Shown: piece after piece, positions 52,835-64,000 of the stretch
Numbering within the stretch: position 1 is the first letter of the stretch
Layout: each line of letters begins with the position of its first letter
Assembly: GCA_017654855.1 (NCBI GenBank)
Contig: CM030334.1
Location: 496,001-560,000 of the forward strand
Direction of reading: 5' to 3'
Length of the DNA stretch: 64,000 nt
Source of the DNA: Podospora anserina
Lineage: Eukaryota
The notes under the pieces: generated by a model
What the model was told of the DNA's origin: nothing
The model's database searches: none
What the model saw: only the letters and a program-made list of their open reading frames with translations
Program-made: the position numbers and the translations under genes

Positions 52835-54383
52835 CTTGGCGGGGTTGGCGGGGCTCGAACGGGTATGCCAGGGTGCAGGTGTCAGGCTAGAATTCTCTAC
52901 ACCCTTCTACTTATAAACGTTCCTGAACCAAAAACCTCATGGCGGCCTATCATTTGCTTCCTCATGCCCACGATGGGGCCAATGGATATGCATTCGGTGA
53001 GACAAGAGTGACAAGGCCCCAAAGACTCAGGCTGCCCACGCTGTTGCAGAGTCTGTCGTCCGGGAGGCTGCTAGCGCACCCCACGATGATCGGCAAGCAC
53101 CCTCACTGGACACTAGGTCGTGCAGCCAAAGCTCGCTGTCATTTTTTTTCGTGGTCTGCTGCCACCTCAACGAGGAAAGGGACGAAAAAAGAAACCTAGA
53201 ATCATGCATGAGAGCATGCCGCACAGCTATTATAAGGCTTCAACGGCCAATCGGGCCAATGACATGTTGCTGTTCCCACCACCGTCCACATATCCCGTCA
53301 AAGCTGCATTTGTTTCTGCTTGAGGGCCACTTTGATTGAGTCGGCTGTGGCCAATGCTTGCCGGTTAGCCGTCTGTGCCGTCTCCCCAAGAGGGAAGGCA
53401 TTTAACAACACCAATACTTCTGAGATTCGTCTAAGTGTCTTGTCGATTCGAAGGGAAAACTCTCTGCAAATTGCAAAAGCGAGCTTCTGTTGGTCCCTGC
53501 CGAGAATAACCGGAGATCCGTCCCCTGTCCAGAGGCACTCTGCAAGGCTGTTTATCGCTGGCTTCGCTGTTCTCACGACGTCGCAGCATCTGAGGGATTG
53601 CGTGACGCTAGCGGGGCAGCAGAGTCTGAATCTGGTCTGAATCTTCCATCATCGCCCCCACCATGGAGCAGCAGACGGAGAACACCAGCCACTCACACCA
53701 CCCGCCCAGCTCGGGCCAAGACATGTTTGGTTATCACACTCCCGACCACGTGCCATAGCGCGCATCTGAAGCTGTTTCTCTGAACAAGAGCGCGTTAGTA
53801 GAGGCGGGCGGAAATGCAAGCAGCGGTTGCACGGCGGGGTCCGGGGCGCAGTCGCCGGAAGCCATCGCTGCGGTGCGGTCTAGGAATGGAGCCTCGAGGC
53901 ATCACCGCATCCGACCACCTGAGGAGGTTTGAGGTTCTAGAATGGCAGCAACATCGCAAGGTGCCAAGGCTGAGGCCAAGAGCTCTTGGCGAAGAGGAAA
54001 AGCGGGCATCCCAGCCCTTTGCCAATCCCGCGTCTGGCTGGCCCTATCAGAGCCCGGCTTGGAGTGTGTTAGTCTTTGTCGAGAACCAGGGGATGACGCT
54101 CATCTGTCTTCAGTCGCCACCCGATTGCAGTCTTATCACTCCTACCGAACGCCGCCGTCACCCACAGCGGGGCTCTCGAGGACGTATGCCACGCCCAACT
54201 GCTTGGCTCGCCCAGCATCTCGCAGCATTGAGCGGGTTTGAAGAGTCAATCCAAGGTCCGAGGCAGCTGTGAGAGCCGGGATGGAGTTCTTGGGGCTTCT
54301 TGGCCTGCTACCCGCCAAGTCCACTGTTGCTTTGGCCGCCGACTTATCGGTGAGCAGCATGCAAAAAGATGCTGGGCCCTGGC
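52835..54383. promoter_or_regulatory. Cluster of PacC (GCCARG) sites upstream of the ENA ATPase
   Basis: GCCARG on either strand at 52835, 52867, 53715, 53963, 53975, 53985, 54202, 54299, 54314 and 54378. Crz1-like GAGGCTG (~53064) and CAGCCAC (~52824, ~53686) are also present. Confidence 0.6.
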
Positions 54384-54720
54384 CGGTACCTCGACGGAGC
54401 ACCCAGTTTCTGTGCGGTTACTTAAACAAAGCAGGTACCCCGTCATTCCCCCGTGATCCGGGACTCGCTTCTTGCGTCACTGTCCAGAGGAGGAAAAAAA
54501 CAAGCTTCTCTCCCCCATCGTCCAAGCTTTGTGCGTCGTTGGCTCCACGGCGTCAAACTCCATCATCAGAGTCCGGATTGTCTATAACGGCCGTCCCTTT
54601 GCCCATCCTGCTGATCCTCCCTACGCAAATGAGACAGACTGCTCAACACTCGAGGTCGTGCTCACCCCGTCAGGTCAACTGGTGAACGTATCGCCCTCCT
54701 CCCCTCCCCCAACCGCCAAC

Positions 54721-57700
54721 ATGGCCGGCGAATTCCCCAAACACCCGTTCCTCCTCACCCCGGAGGAGACGGCGCAGGCTCTGGGGACCGATATCGACAA
54801 GGGCCTCACCTCGGCCCAGGTCAAAGAACTCCAATCCAAGTATCCTACCAATGAACTCGATGTAGGCGGCAGTATCGCCTGGTACACCATCTTTATCCGC
54901 CAGCTTGCCAATGCCATGATTCTGGTATGACCCCTCCCCCTGAAGCTTCCCAAACAAGCTTTCGCACTGCGGGTGCCATTGACTTAAGTGGCGCATCGAC
55001 TGACAACTGTGCTAGGTCCTCTTCTTTGCCATGGCCCTGAGTTTTGGCGTAGGAGATTATATCGAAGGCGGTGTCCTTGCTGCCGTCATTGTGTTGAATG
55101 TGTCCATTGGTTTTTATCAAGAATATGGCGCCGAGAAGAAGATGGATGCGCTCCGTGCGCTTTCTTCCCCCTCTGCCAACGTGCTCCGCGACGGTAAGAT
55201 GCAGGTCATACCAAAGTAAGTTATGCCCTTTCAAATGCCGCTCTCCTCTGTTCAAGCTGGTCTGGTGCTGACCAGTTTGCTCCGCCAAATAGTGCCGAGG
55301 TCGTTCCTGGTGACATCATTGCCCTCAAAATGGGCGATACCGTTCCAGCCGACATGCGCATGTTTGAAGCCATGAACCTCCAGTGCGACGAATCATCCTT
55401 GACAGGTGAGGCCATGCCCATCGAAAAGATCACCACCACCGAGATCTATGTCGAGGGCGGTGAGAAGCTGGCACAGGACGAAGGTGAAGTCGGTATCGGT
55501 GACCGCATCAACATTGCCTATGCTACCACTGTTGTCCAGAAGGGCCGTGGCCGTGGTATCGTCATTTGCACTGGCATGCAGACCGAAGTTGGAAAGATTG
55601 CCGCCTCGACCAGCAAGAAGAGACGCAAGCCCGGCAGGTCCATGAACTGGAAAAAGTACGGAAAGGCTGCCCCGGTCAAGGGTGCCTTCAGACGCACCTA
55701 TGACTTCCTCGGCAAGTTCCTCGGCTTGACCGAGGGTACTCCTCTCCAGATCAAGCTGGCGAAGCTGGCGTACCTGTTGTTCTTCTGTGCCATCGTCCTG
55801 GCCATGATCGTCTTCAGTGTCAACAAGTGGCCCAACCCGCTTCCCAGCGAGCTCGTCATTTATGCCATTTCCACCGGCATCGCCATCATTCCCGAGTCTC
55901 TCGTCGCTGTCTTGACTATTTCTATGGTTGTGGCCACCACTGTCATGAGAAAGGCCAACGTCGTTGTGCGTGACTTGTCAGCTCTTGAAGCCCTCGGAGG
56001 TGTGACCAACATTTGCTCCGACAAGACGGGCACTCTTACCCAAGGCGCCATGATCGCGAAGAAGGTGTGGACACCTGCCTCCAACAGCATCTACACTGTC
56101 AGAGACTCGAAGAGTCCCGCCGACCCCACTCAGGGACGTGTCACAGTCTCCAGCGCCGACGTTCCCGCCCAAGAGGAAGAGGAGAAGCGCGATTATGACG
56201 AAGAGAGAACGACCGCAGCCATCAAGTTTGATGGTGTCCCCGACGAGAAGCTCAACCCCAAGCCACAATCATCCCCCGAGGCCGAGGCTGAACTCACCCC
56301 CGACCTCCGCATGTTCCTCCTCTCGGCAGCGCTTTGCAACCTTGCCACAGTGCGGTTCGACGACAAGGAGGAAAAATGGAAGACGACCGGCGAGCCCACC
56401 GAAATTGCCCTGCAGGTCTTCGCTCACCGGTTCGACCTCGGCAAGAAGAACGTGGAGGCGACCGGATGGAAGCAGACGGCTGAGTTTCCCTTTGACAGCT
56501 CCATCAAGCGCATGTCCGTCATTTACGATGCGCCCGAGAACAACGAAAGCGGATTGAGCACCGAAAACAGCCATATCTTCACCAAGGGCGCCGTGGAGCG
56601 TATCATCGACCTATGCTCCCACGTCGGGACGACCGATGTACCCATGACCGAAGAGTACAAGGAAAAGATCCTCAAGCAGATGACCGACTTTGCATCCCAG
56701 GGCCAGCGCGTTCTCGCCATTGCCTATCGTGCCTGGAATGGCCGCTACGTCGCTGGCAAGAACGACGGCGTTGACCCCTCTCTCCCCAAGAACGATGAAG
56801 CCCAACGGTCCGCGGTGGAAAAGGACCTCATTCTCCTCGGCTTGGCTGGTATCTACGATCCTCCCCGCCGCGAGACCACTCCCGCCATCTTCGACTGTGC
56901 CCAGGCCGGCATCAAGGTGCACATGTTGACTGGCGATCACCCCGAAACGGCCAGGGCTATTGCTAGGGAAGTCGGTATCATCCCCCGCGACCTCAGTGTC
57001 CTCCCCGCCGGTGTTGCCCAGTCCGCTGTGATGAAGGCTACCGACTTTGACAAGCTCACCGACGAGGAGATCGACGCCTTGCCAGAACTTCCTCTTGTTA
57101 TTGCTCGTTGTGCGCCCGAGACCAAATCTCGCATGGTGGAGGCCCTTCGCCGCCGTGATGCCTTCATGGCCATGACTGGTGACGGTGTCAACGATGCCCC
57201 ATCCTTGAGCCGCGCTGATGTCGGTATCGCCATGGGATCCGGTTCCGACGTGGCCAAGTCTGCCTCCAAGATTGTCTTGACGGATGATAAGTTCAACTCG
57301 ATCGTTGCCGCCATCCGCGAAGGTCGCCGCATGTTTGCCAACATTCAGAAGTTCGTCCTCCATCTTCTCAGCAGCAACGTTGGTGAAGTCATTCTCCTGA
57401 TTTGCGGTCTCGCCTTCTTTGACGAGTCCGGCATTTCCGTCTTCCCCATCGCTCCCCTCGAAATTCTCTGGATCAACATGGTCACTTCGTCCTTCCCCGC
57501 TTTCGGTCTCGGTCGTGAGGCTGCCAGTGCCGAAGTCATGCGCAAGCCCCCTCACGACAAGAGGCGTGGTGTGTTCACCAACCAGATTATTGTTGACATG
57601 ATCGTCTACGGTATTCTTATGGGCGCCACCACACTCTCGACCTTCATCATTGTCGTGTTTGGAAAGTACGATGGCCAGCTGGGCAGGGACTGCAACAAGC

Positions 57701-58275
57701 ACTACTCGGAGGGGTGCATTCCCGTGTTCCGCGCCCGCGCTGCTGTTTTCGCCGAACTGACCTGGATGATTCTCCTCACCGCCTGGGAGATCAAGGACCT
57801 TCGCCGGTCCATGTTCCGGCTGAACCCCGATTCCGAGTCCAAGTTTCCCTTCTTCAAGGACGTGTACAACAACAAGTTCCTCTTCTGGGCCGTCGTCATT
57901 GGCGCTGTCTCTGTGTTCCCCACGGTGTACATCCCCGGCCTCAACAGGAACGTCTTCAAGCACACCGATATCAGCTGGGAGTGGGGTGTCGTTTTCGGCA
58001 TGACCATCTTCTATGTCTTTGGTATCGAGGTCTGGAAATGGGTCAAGCGGACGCTTAACATTCTGGATGACCACAAGGTCAGACAGGGCAAGTGGTCGCA
58101 GGGCGAGGAGGGTCAGAAGATGCGGTTCGCAAAGTCGATGTCCTTCTCCAGCTTGAAGAGTTGGGCCTCCAGATCCAAGGCTCAGTCCAACGGCGGCTTG
58201 ACTCCAAGCACCACGCAGCCGCGTTCGACTTCACAAGCACCCCAGAACCGGGTGCCACAGATCTCGCCGGTTTGA
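54721..58275 (+). CDS. ena1: P-type IID Na+/K+-efflux ATPase (ENA)
   Basis: Introns 54925-55015 and 55216-55292. Motifs DESSLTGEA, IIPESLVAV, ICSDKTGTLTQG (phospho-Asp), FPFDSSIKRMS, TKGAVE, MLTGDHP and MTGDGVNDAPSL. Confidence 0.95.
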
Positions 58276-59072
58276 GGGAGAGACGACTGAATTAAAGTAA
58301 CGGTTGATATGTGGCGTATGGGACGATGCGCTGCTGGCCACGCGGCCGGGTCATGTTGCTTTTGCGTATATCTGAGTTGACGATGTTGATGAACGATGAT
58401 ACCACGCATATTTTGAAGCATGTTGACGAAGAAGATGCGAAGGGATCGAGATAAACAAAGGCTCGGTTAACCCCCTCCTATTATCGAAGGAAGACTGTTT
58501 TGGGGGCGTGCGCTATCATGAGTAAAAGGCATCTTGATGCCGTGGTTGTTTTGTTGCATTGTATTTTGTTTTATGATATCCAGCATTTGATCGAACTGTT
58601 TGGTTGGCGATGGTCTGGGCAAATAGGTACTGCCCTCAGGATCAGTAGAACATAGCGTAATGTTTGGCTGTTAGCATTTGGCACAATGGAAATTGAAAGT
58701 CTTTACATGGAATTTTGTTCATGGGAAAGTGTTGAACTTGAGAGGGATTTTAAAACAGGTTCGTGTGACGAGCTTCCATCGAGATAAGATTGTAGGCAAG
58801 TACGTAAACCCCGGGGAGAGTCCAGACCGCGGTCAACCCCTGAGGAAAGGCTCCCATGCCACTCTGGGGAGGTGTGGGTCCACAAGCTCAGGGCGCGCTA
58901 GTGTGTAATTGGGGGAACGCCGCGTCGCCAATTAAGGACACGCGCAACCATCCCGTCCCGCCCAACGTCCAATTGACAACGAGACACAATCTTCTGCCTT
59001 TTCTTGAATCATCACTTCGAATCGACCACCAACTACTTTCCCTTCCTTAGTCGAGCAGTTACCAATTTCAAA

Positions 59073-59881
<809 letters not shown>

Positions 59882-60054
59882 GGGGCTTGAGGGAGGGAAG
59901 AAGCTGGAACTCGTGGAAGGGATGAGGTTTGGGATATTAATTCTAATGCTGATATTTACACTGTTTGGAAAGCGAAAATGAAATGGCAGAGATGATGAAT
60001 GTCAGGAGTTATACGCAAAAGATTTTCCGATTTTCCTGACACGGCAGCACTTAT

Positions 60055-60972
60055 CTACATGTTCCTACCACCCGTTACGCTGATTGTTTGTCCGGAAATA
60101 TACGAGCTCAGGGGGGAAGCGATGGCCAACACAGCACTCGCAGCCTCGGTCGCAGTGCCGGGTCTCCTGAGTGGGATGTCCTGGTATGGAACGATGCCTG
60201 GAGGAGCTTGCTTCTGCTTCTCCGGGATACCCAAGGCAACCTTCTGCCCATCAACCTCAACAAACGCACCGGCCTCCTTATTGGCCGTCAGTCTCGTCTC
60301 GATATGCCCAAAGGCAATCGTGTTCGCCCTCACGCCGAACGCAGGGCCCCATTCCTTTGCGATGGTCTTGGTCATGCCGATGACACCTGCCTTGGCGAGC
60401 GCATAGTTGATCTGACCGGCGTTCCCGTGGACACCAGAGGTGGAACTGATGTTGATGATGTTTCTTGGCTCGCCGTCCTTCACACGGAAGTAAGGGGCTG
60501 CCTCGCGGATGATTTTGAAGGGGACGGTACCGTGTAGGGCTACGATGGTGTCCCATTGTTTGTCGGTCATCTGTCCACGCCGTCAGTATTGTCCACTTGG
60601 GGGGAAGAAGGAGAGAGGTACCTTGTGAAGAACCGCATCCCAGGTAAAACCAGCATTATTCACAATGATGTGGATCTTTCCACCTCCAAACTCGGCTGCT
60701 TTAGCCACCAATTGTTTGATGTACTCGTCCTTGAGCAGGTCTCCTGCCACAGCGATGGCCTGGCCGCCACCGGACCGGATCTTGGAGGCTACCTCTTCGG
60801 CTTTGGCGCCGTCAATGTCAGAGACGACGACTTTGGCGCCCTCGTTGGCGAAGAGACGTGCACACTCGGCCCCGATACCCTGCCCTGAACCGGTGATGAT
60901 GGCGACTTGGTTGTGGAGGAGACCTTTGGGGTAGTTGAGCTGGCGGGAGAGCTGGGCGGCGCGCTCAGCCAT
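60055..60972 (-). CDS. Short-chain dehydrogenase/reductase (3-oxoacyl-ACP reductase-like)
   Basis: IITGSGQGIG, VNNAGFTWD, intron ~60571-60621, NISS, YALAK (YxxxK) and SYISGQ...VTGGRNM*. Confidence 0.92.
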
Positions 60973-61611
60973 GCGCATCTTGATCACGGAGGTCATGATG
61001 GCAGAAGTTGATGATGCAAGTGTCAATGGGTCAACGAGAGCCAGAGATGAAATGGTTGGATTTGTGATATGTAGAAGATGGACACTGAATCGCTATATTT
61101 CTCTTGATATATATAGGAATACATGTTAACCCGAAACTGGGGGGGGGGAAGTGACAGCCATCTCCGCACGGGAACAAGCCCGGGCAAGAGGATGCCGAGG
61201 CATTTCCCCAGATTCGAGAAACTTGGGGGCTGCAGTTACCCCATACCCCGCGCATCACCACCTCATCTTTGGGTTAGGTTAGTTGGGGTGTTTTGGTTGC
61301 GTTCAGGGGCAAGTCGCTGGGCTGGAGGCGTGTCAAGAGATCCGGGTCAACCTCATTTACTGATCTACCTAGAATCAATCCAACCTGAGAGCCAGCCGTA
61401 ACAGACAAATCGTAACTTAATGGCTCCCACGGCTCTTGATGTTTTCATGGTCAGGGGAAGATGGATTAGATGAGAACTGCGCTAACCCCGCATTCCAGCC
61501 CTGCGGAACTTACAACTGGGCACCCTCCCCACAGAATAATTGGCACAGCAGGTAAGTTAACCCAATATTATACTGTGAACCATGCCTCAAAAGTAAATTA
61601 ATAGGTCTTTA

Positions 61612-61737
61612 AACTATCTCTGAAGACCTCTGAACTATCTTTTAAGGCCTGTTAATTATCTTAAAAGGCCTACAAACTATCTTTAAAGGTGTATTAACTA
61701 TCTTTAAAGGCCTAACGATTATCTTTCGAGGCATGGT
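61612..61737. repeat. AT-rich 21-bp minisatellite, 6 degenerate copies
   Basis: AACTATCTCTGAAGACCTCTG / AACTATCTTTTAAGGCCTGTT / AATTATCTTAAAAGGCCTACA / AACTATCTTTAAAGGTGTATT / AACTATCTTTAAAGGCCTAAC / GATTATCTTTCGAGGCATGGT. Confidence 0.85.
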
Positions 61738-61957
61738 TTATATGATATAATATGGATTTAACCCACTTTCGATTGCCAATTATTATGTGGTGAGGGACCT
61801 GGCGCAGGGATCGAGGGCAGCCAAACAATCCACAACTCAGCCCAAATCCCACCGTTGACATCGACGCCGTTTGAACCTTGATGGTTTGGCATTCAACGCA
61901 TGCAGAGAAGACGCCTCTCAAACGCCACCCGATAGAAGGCACACACGGAGTAGTAAG

Positions 61958-63004
61958 ATGCAGAGAAAAGGTGTCAGAGCCTTCTCGGGCCACAGCTACG
62001 GCCACACAGGTCACCATCATGGCGGCGGCGGCAACCACTACTCCCGTCTCAAACCAGTCGAGCTCGACCCCCTCTCAGAATACGGCCTCCCCTCTAAAGG
62101 CGAAAAGAGACTACTCTCTCCCAAAGTCCAAGAGTCCTACTACTCCAAAATAGCAGAACGCTACCTCGCCTTCTGCACCGAAGCCGGCGACAAAGACAAC
62201 CTCCAAAAACAATTCGCCCGCCTCGCCGTCGCGGACACCACCCCCTCTTCCTCCGCCAGCTCCCCAGTCATCTCCGTTCCCCCATCCCCCTTAACCTCCG
62301 CCCCTCCCACCGCATTACCGCTCCCAACCCCCACCTCCCTGCCCACCGGCAGCTTCCCCGACATCACCTTCATCGCCACCGACAACAGCAAAGAACAAGA
62401 CCAATCCGGCTCCCTCCCCTCCATCCTCTCCGCCCTCCGCAAGCTCCGCGAGGCCCTCGTCGCCACCCAGCGCCGAGACCCCTTCACAATCCAAGTCTAT
62501 CTCTTCGCCATCCGCCTCGGCATCCTCGCCAAGTCCTTCGAGTCGTACTACCCGGCTCTGCTCTACCTCCTCCGCTCTGTCCACCCCTTCTCCAACCTCA
62601 CCTCTGTCGAGCTGGCCGAGTGCGTGTCCTATCTCGTTCTCGACACCGCCTGCAGAAGGCAAGACCTCGCCGGGGCGTTTAAGCTGCGGAAGGAGTACAA
62701 GTTGAAGGACAAAAAGGTGGACGCGGTGCTCAAGGCGCTGGTGGGGGACAACTATGTGCTTTGGAGGAGGGTCAAGAGGGGGGTGGATGGGTACCGGGTG
62801 AAGCTGATGGAGTTTGCCGACGGGGATGTCAAGAGGCGGACGTTGATGGCGATGGGGAGGGCGTATTTGAGCTTGCCGAGGGAGTTTTTGGAGGGCCAGA
62901 TGGAGGAGAGCTGGGAGGGGCTGAGGAGCAAGTATGGGGTTGGGTGGGAGCTCGGCGGGGAGAAGGGGGAGAAGGTGGTTATACGGAAGGTTGGGAGGGG
63001 ATGA
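61958..63004 (+). CDS. Conserved fungal protein with a SAC3/GANP- or PCI-like helical domain
   Basis: MQRKG... RLKPVELDPLSEYGLPSKGEKRLL..VQESYY..I.ERY, LRKLREALVA, F.IQVYLFAIR, and AMGRAYL...W..L....GVGWEL (winged-helix-like PCI tail). Confidence 0.7.
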   Translation: MQRKGVRAFSGHSYGHTGHHHGGGGNHYSRLKPVELDPLSEYGLPSKGEKRLLSPKVQESYYSKIAERYLAFCTEAGDKDNLQKQFARLAVADTTPSSSASSPVISVPPSPLTSAPPTALPLPTPTSLPTGSFPDITFIATDNSKEQDQSGSLPSILSALRKLREALVATQRRDPFTIQVYLFAIRLGILAKSFESYYPALLYLLRSVHPFSNLTSVELAECVSYLVLDTACRRQDLAGAFKLRKEYKLKDKKVDAVLKALVGDNYVLWRRVKRGVDGYRVKLMEFADGDVKRRTLMAMGRAYLSLPREFLEGQMEESWEGLRSKYGVGWELGGEKGEKVVIRKVGRG

Positions 63005-63643
63005 GGGATAGGGGGTTATATATGGGAAGAATGGCATAAGATATCGGTGTTGGGATAGGATATGGTTTCAACATGTTTGGCTGGGACGAGGAACGACCAT
63101 TGGTATACTATACTACTCATGATGTGGCACGGCATGGCGAGCGTCAAGGGATAGAAAATGGTGGCTTTGGCAGTGAAGTACAGATTAGGGATATGGGATT
63201 ATGACATGATTAATGATAATACCGCGCCTGGCTTAAAGGTCATCGTTTTTCTTGATTGACTTCCAATCGAGGGAGTTTACAGAATCGTTTGGCAGCATCT
63301 TCCAACTATTAGAGAACGACACTGACATGCTTGGTTGGAATATATACATTTCAAGCCACGAGCGGTCTCAAAAGTAACGCGGGCCATCGTTAGCCCCATG
63401 CTATACGGAGAAAAAAGCCAGTACAAAACGTCCATGGCCCCGGCTCTCCACCATATTGTTACACTGCGCATGCGGCTACAACAAGCCAAGAAAGTAAATT
63501 ATCAAATTGGGTATTTTCAACTTCCGCAAAACATCAAGCAACGCCGTCCCTCACGCCCCGAGCTTCATTTACTGTCCACCCAGCTCCCCCTTATCACAGC
63601 GATGCCCTAGGCCAAGCTCAAACGTCCTCCCACTCGTTCAGAT

Positions 63644-64000
63644 TTAGAGGAGAGCAAAGGCAGCAGCAAGACCACCAATGGCACCCAAGCCGGCGGCGAC
63701 GGTGGGACGGGGGCCGAAGTTGGTGCTGGTGCTGGTGCTGGTGCTAGAGGCATCCTGAGCATCAGCGTCGGTCTCGGTCTCGGTGGCGGACGACTCCTCA
63801 GGGGCATCAGTCTCGGTGGTGCTGGGAGCATCGGTGGCCTCGGTGGTAGCGGTACCGGCGGGGGTGGTCACGGCGGTGTCAGTGTTGGCAGCGGTAGTGG
63901 CACGAGTCGAGGTCCTAACGGGAGTGGTGGCCGAGGGGCTGACAGTAGCGCAGGTCACAGCGGTGGGGAGATCATTGACACCGAAGGCCTTGCAGAGCTG
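63644..64000 (-). CDS. C-terminal part of a GPI-anchored Ser/Thr-rich cell-surface protein (possibly CFEM type); 5' end lies outside the window
   Basis: ...SSAKPS/LCKAFGVNDLPTAVTC at the edge, a Thr/Ala/Glu-rich stalk, and a GPI signal N-FGPRPTVAAGLGAIGGLAAAFALL*. Confidence 0.75.
   Translation of the reverse strand, partial: QLCKAFGVNDLPTAVTCATVSPSATTPVRTSTRATTAANTDTAVTTPAGTATTEATDAPSTTETDAPEESSATETETDADAQDASSTSTSTSTNFGPRPTVAAGLGAIGGLAAAFALL

Noticed and set aside
56611-58074. 487-aa minus-strand ORF
   Set aside because: Antisense shadow of the codon-biased ENA ATPase; it has no motifs of its own.

Overview
Intron-containing genomic DNA from a filamentous ascomycete (Sordariomycete-like: short GT-AG introns with CTAAC/CTGAC branch points, GC-rich coding sequence). 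I can support about 17 intact protein-coding genes: a Cys-rich single-pass membrane protein, a hypothetical protein, a TauD/TfdA sulfonate dioxygenase, a processive GT2 glycosyltransferase, a class II aldolase-like protein, a TFIIIC Tfc6-like WD40 protein, an IZH/PAQR membrane protein, a large secreted repeat polyprotein, a Ran1/Pat1-like kinase, Prp4 kinase, Tma7, an OSCA/CSC1 channel, an AT-hook protein, an ENA P-type ATPase, Dpm1, an SDR, and a PCI/SAC3-like protein. A GPI-anchored protein is cut by the right window edge, and two decayed genes lie in the first 3 kb. The most striking element is an intronless 1005-aa secreted precursor (21434-24451) divided by Kex2-type KR sites into about 13 modules, including six ~72-79-aa helical-hairpin repeats ending in FTPGKR. 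Also notable are a dense two-orientation GGACCTA motif field about 1.1 kb downstream of that gene, a long prp4 intron with a possible unproductive alternative acceptor, and a palindromic PacC-site cluster upstream of ena. I recognised no tRNA, rRNA, CRISPR array or intact transposon. All calls come from reading motifs by eye; no database searches were run.
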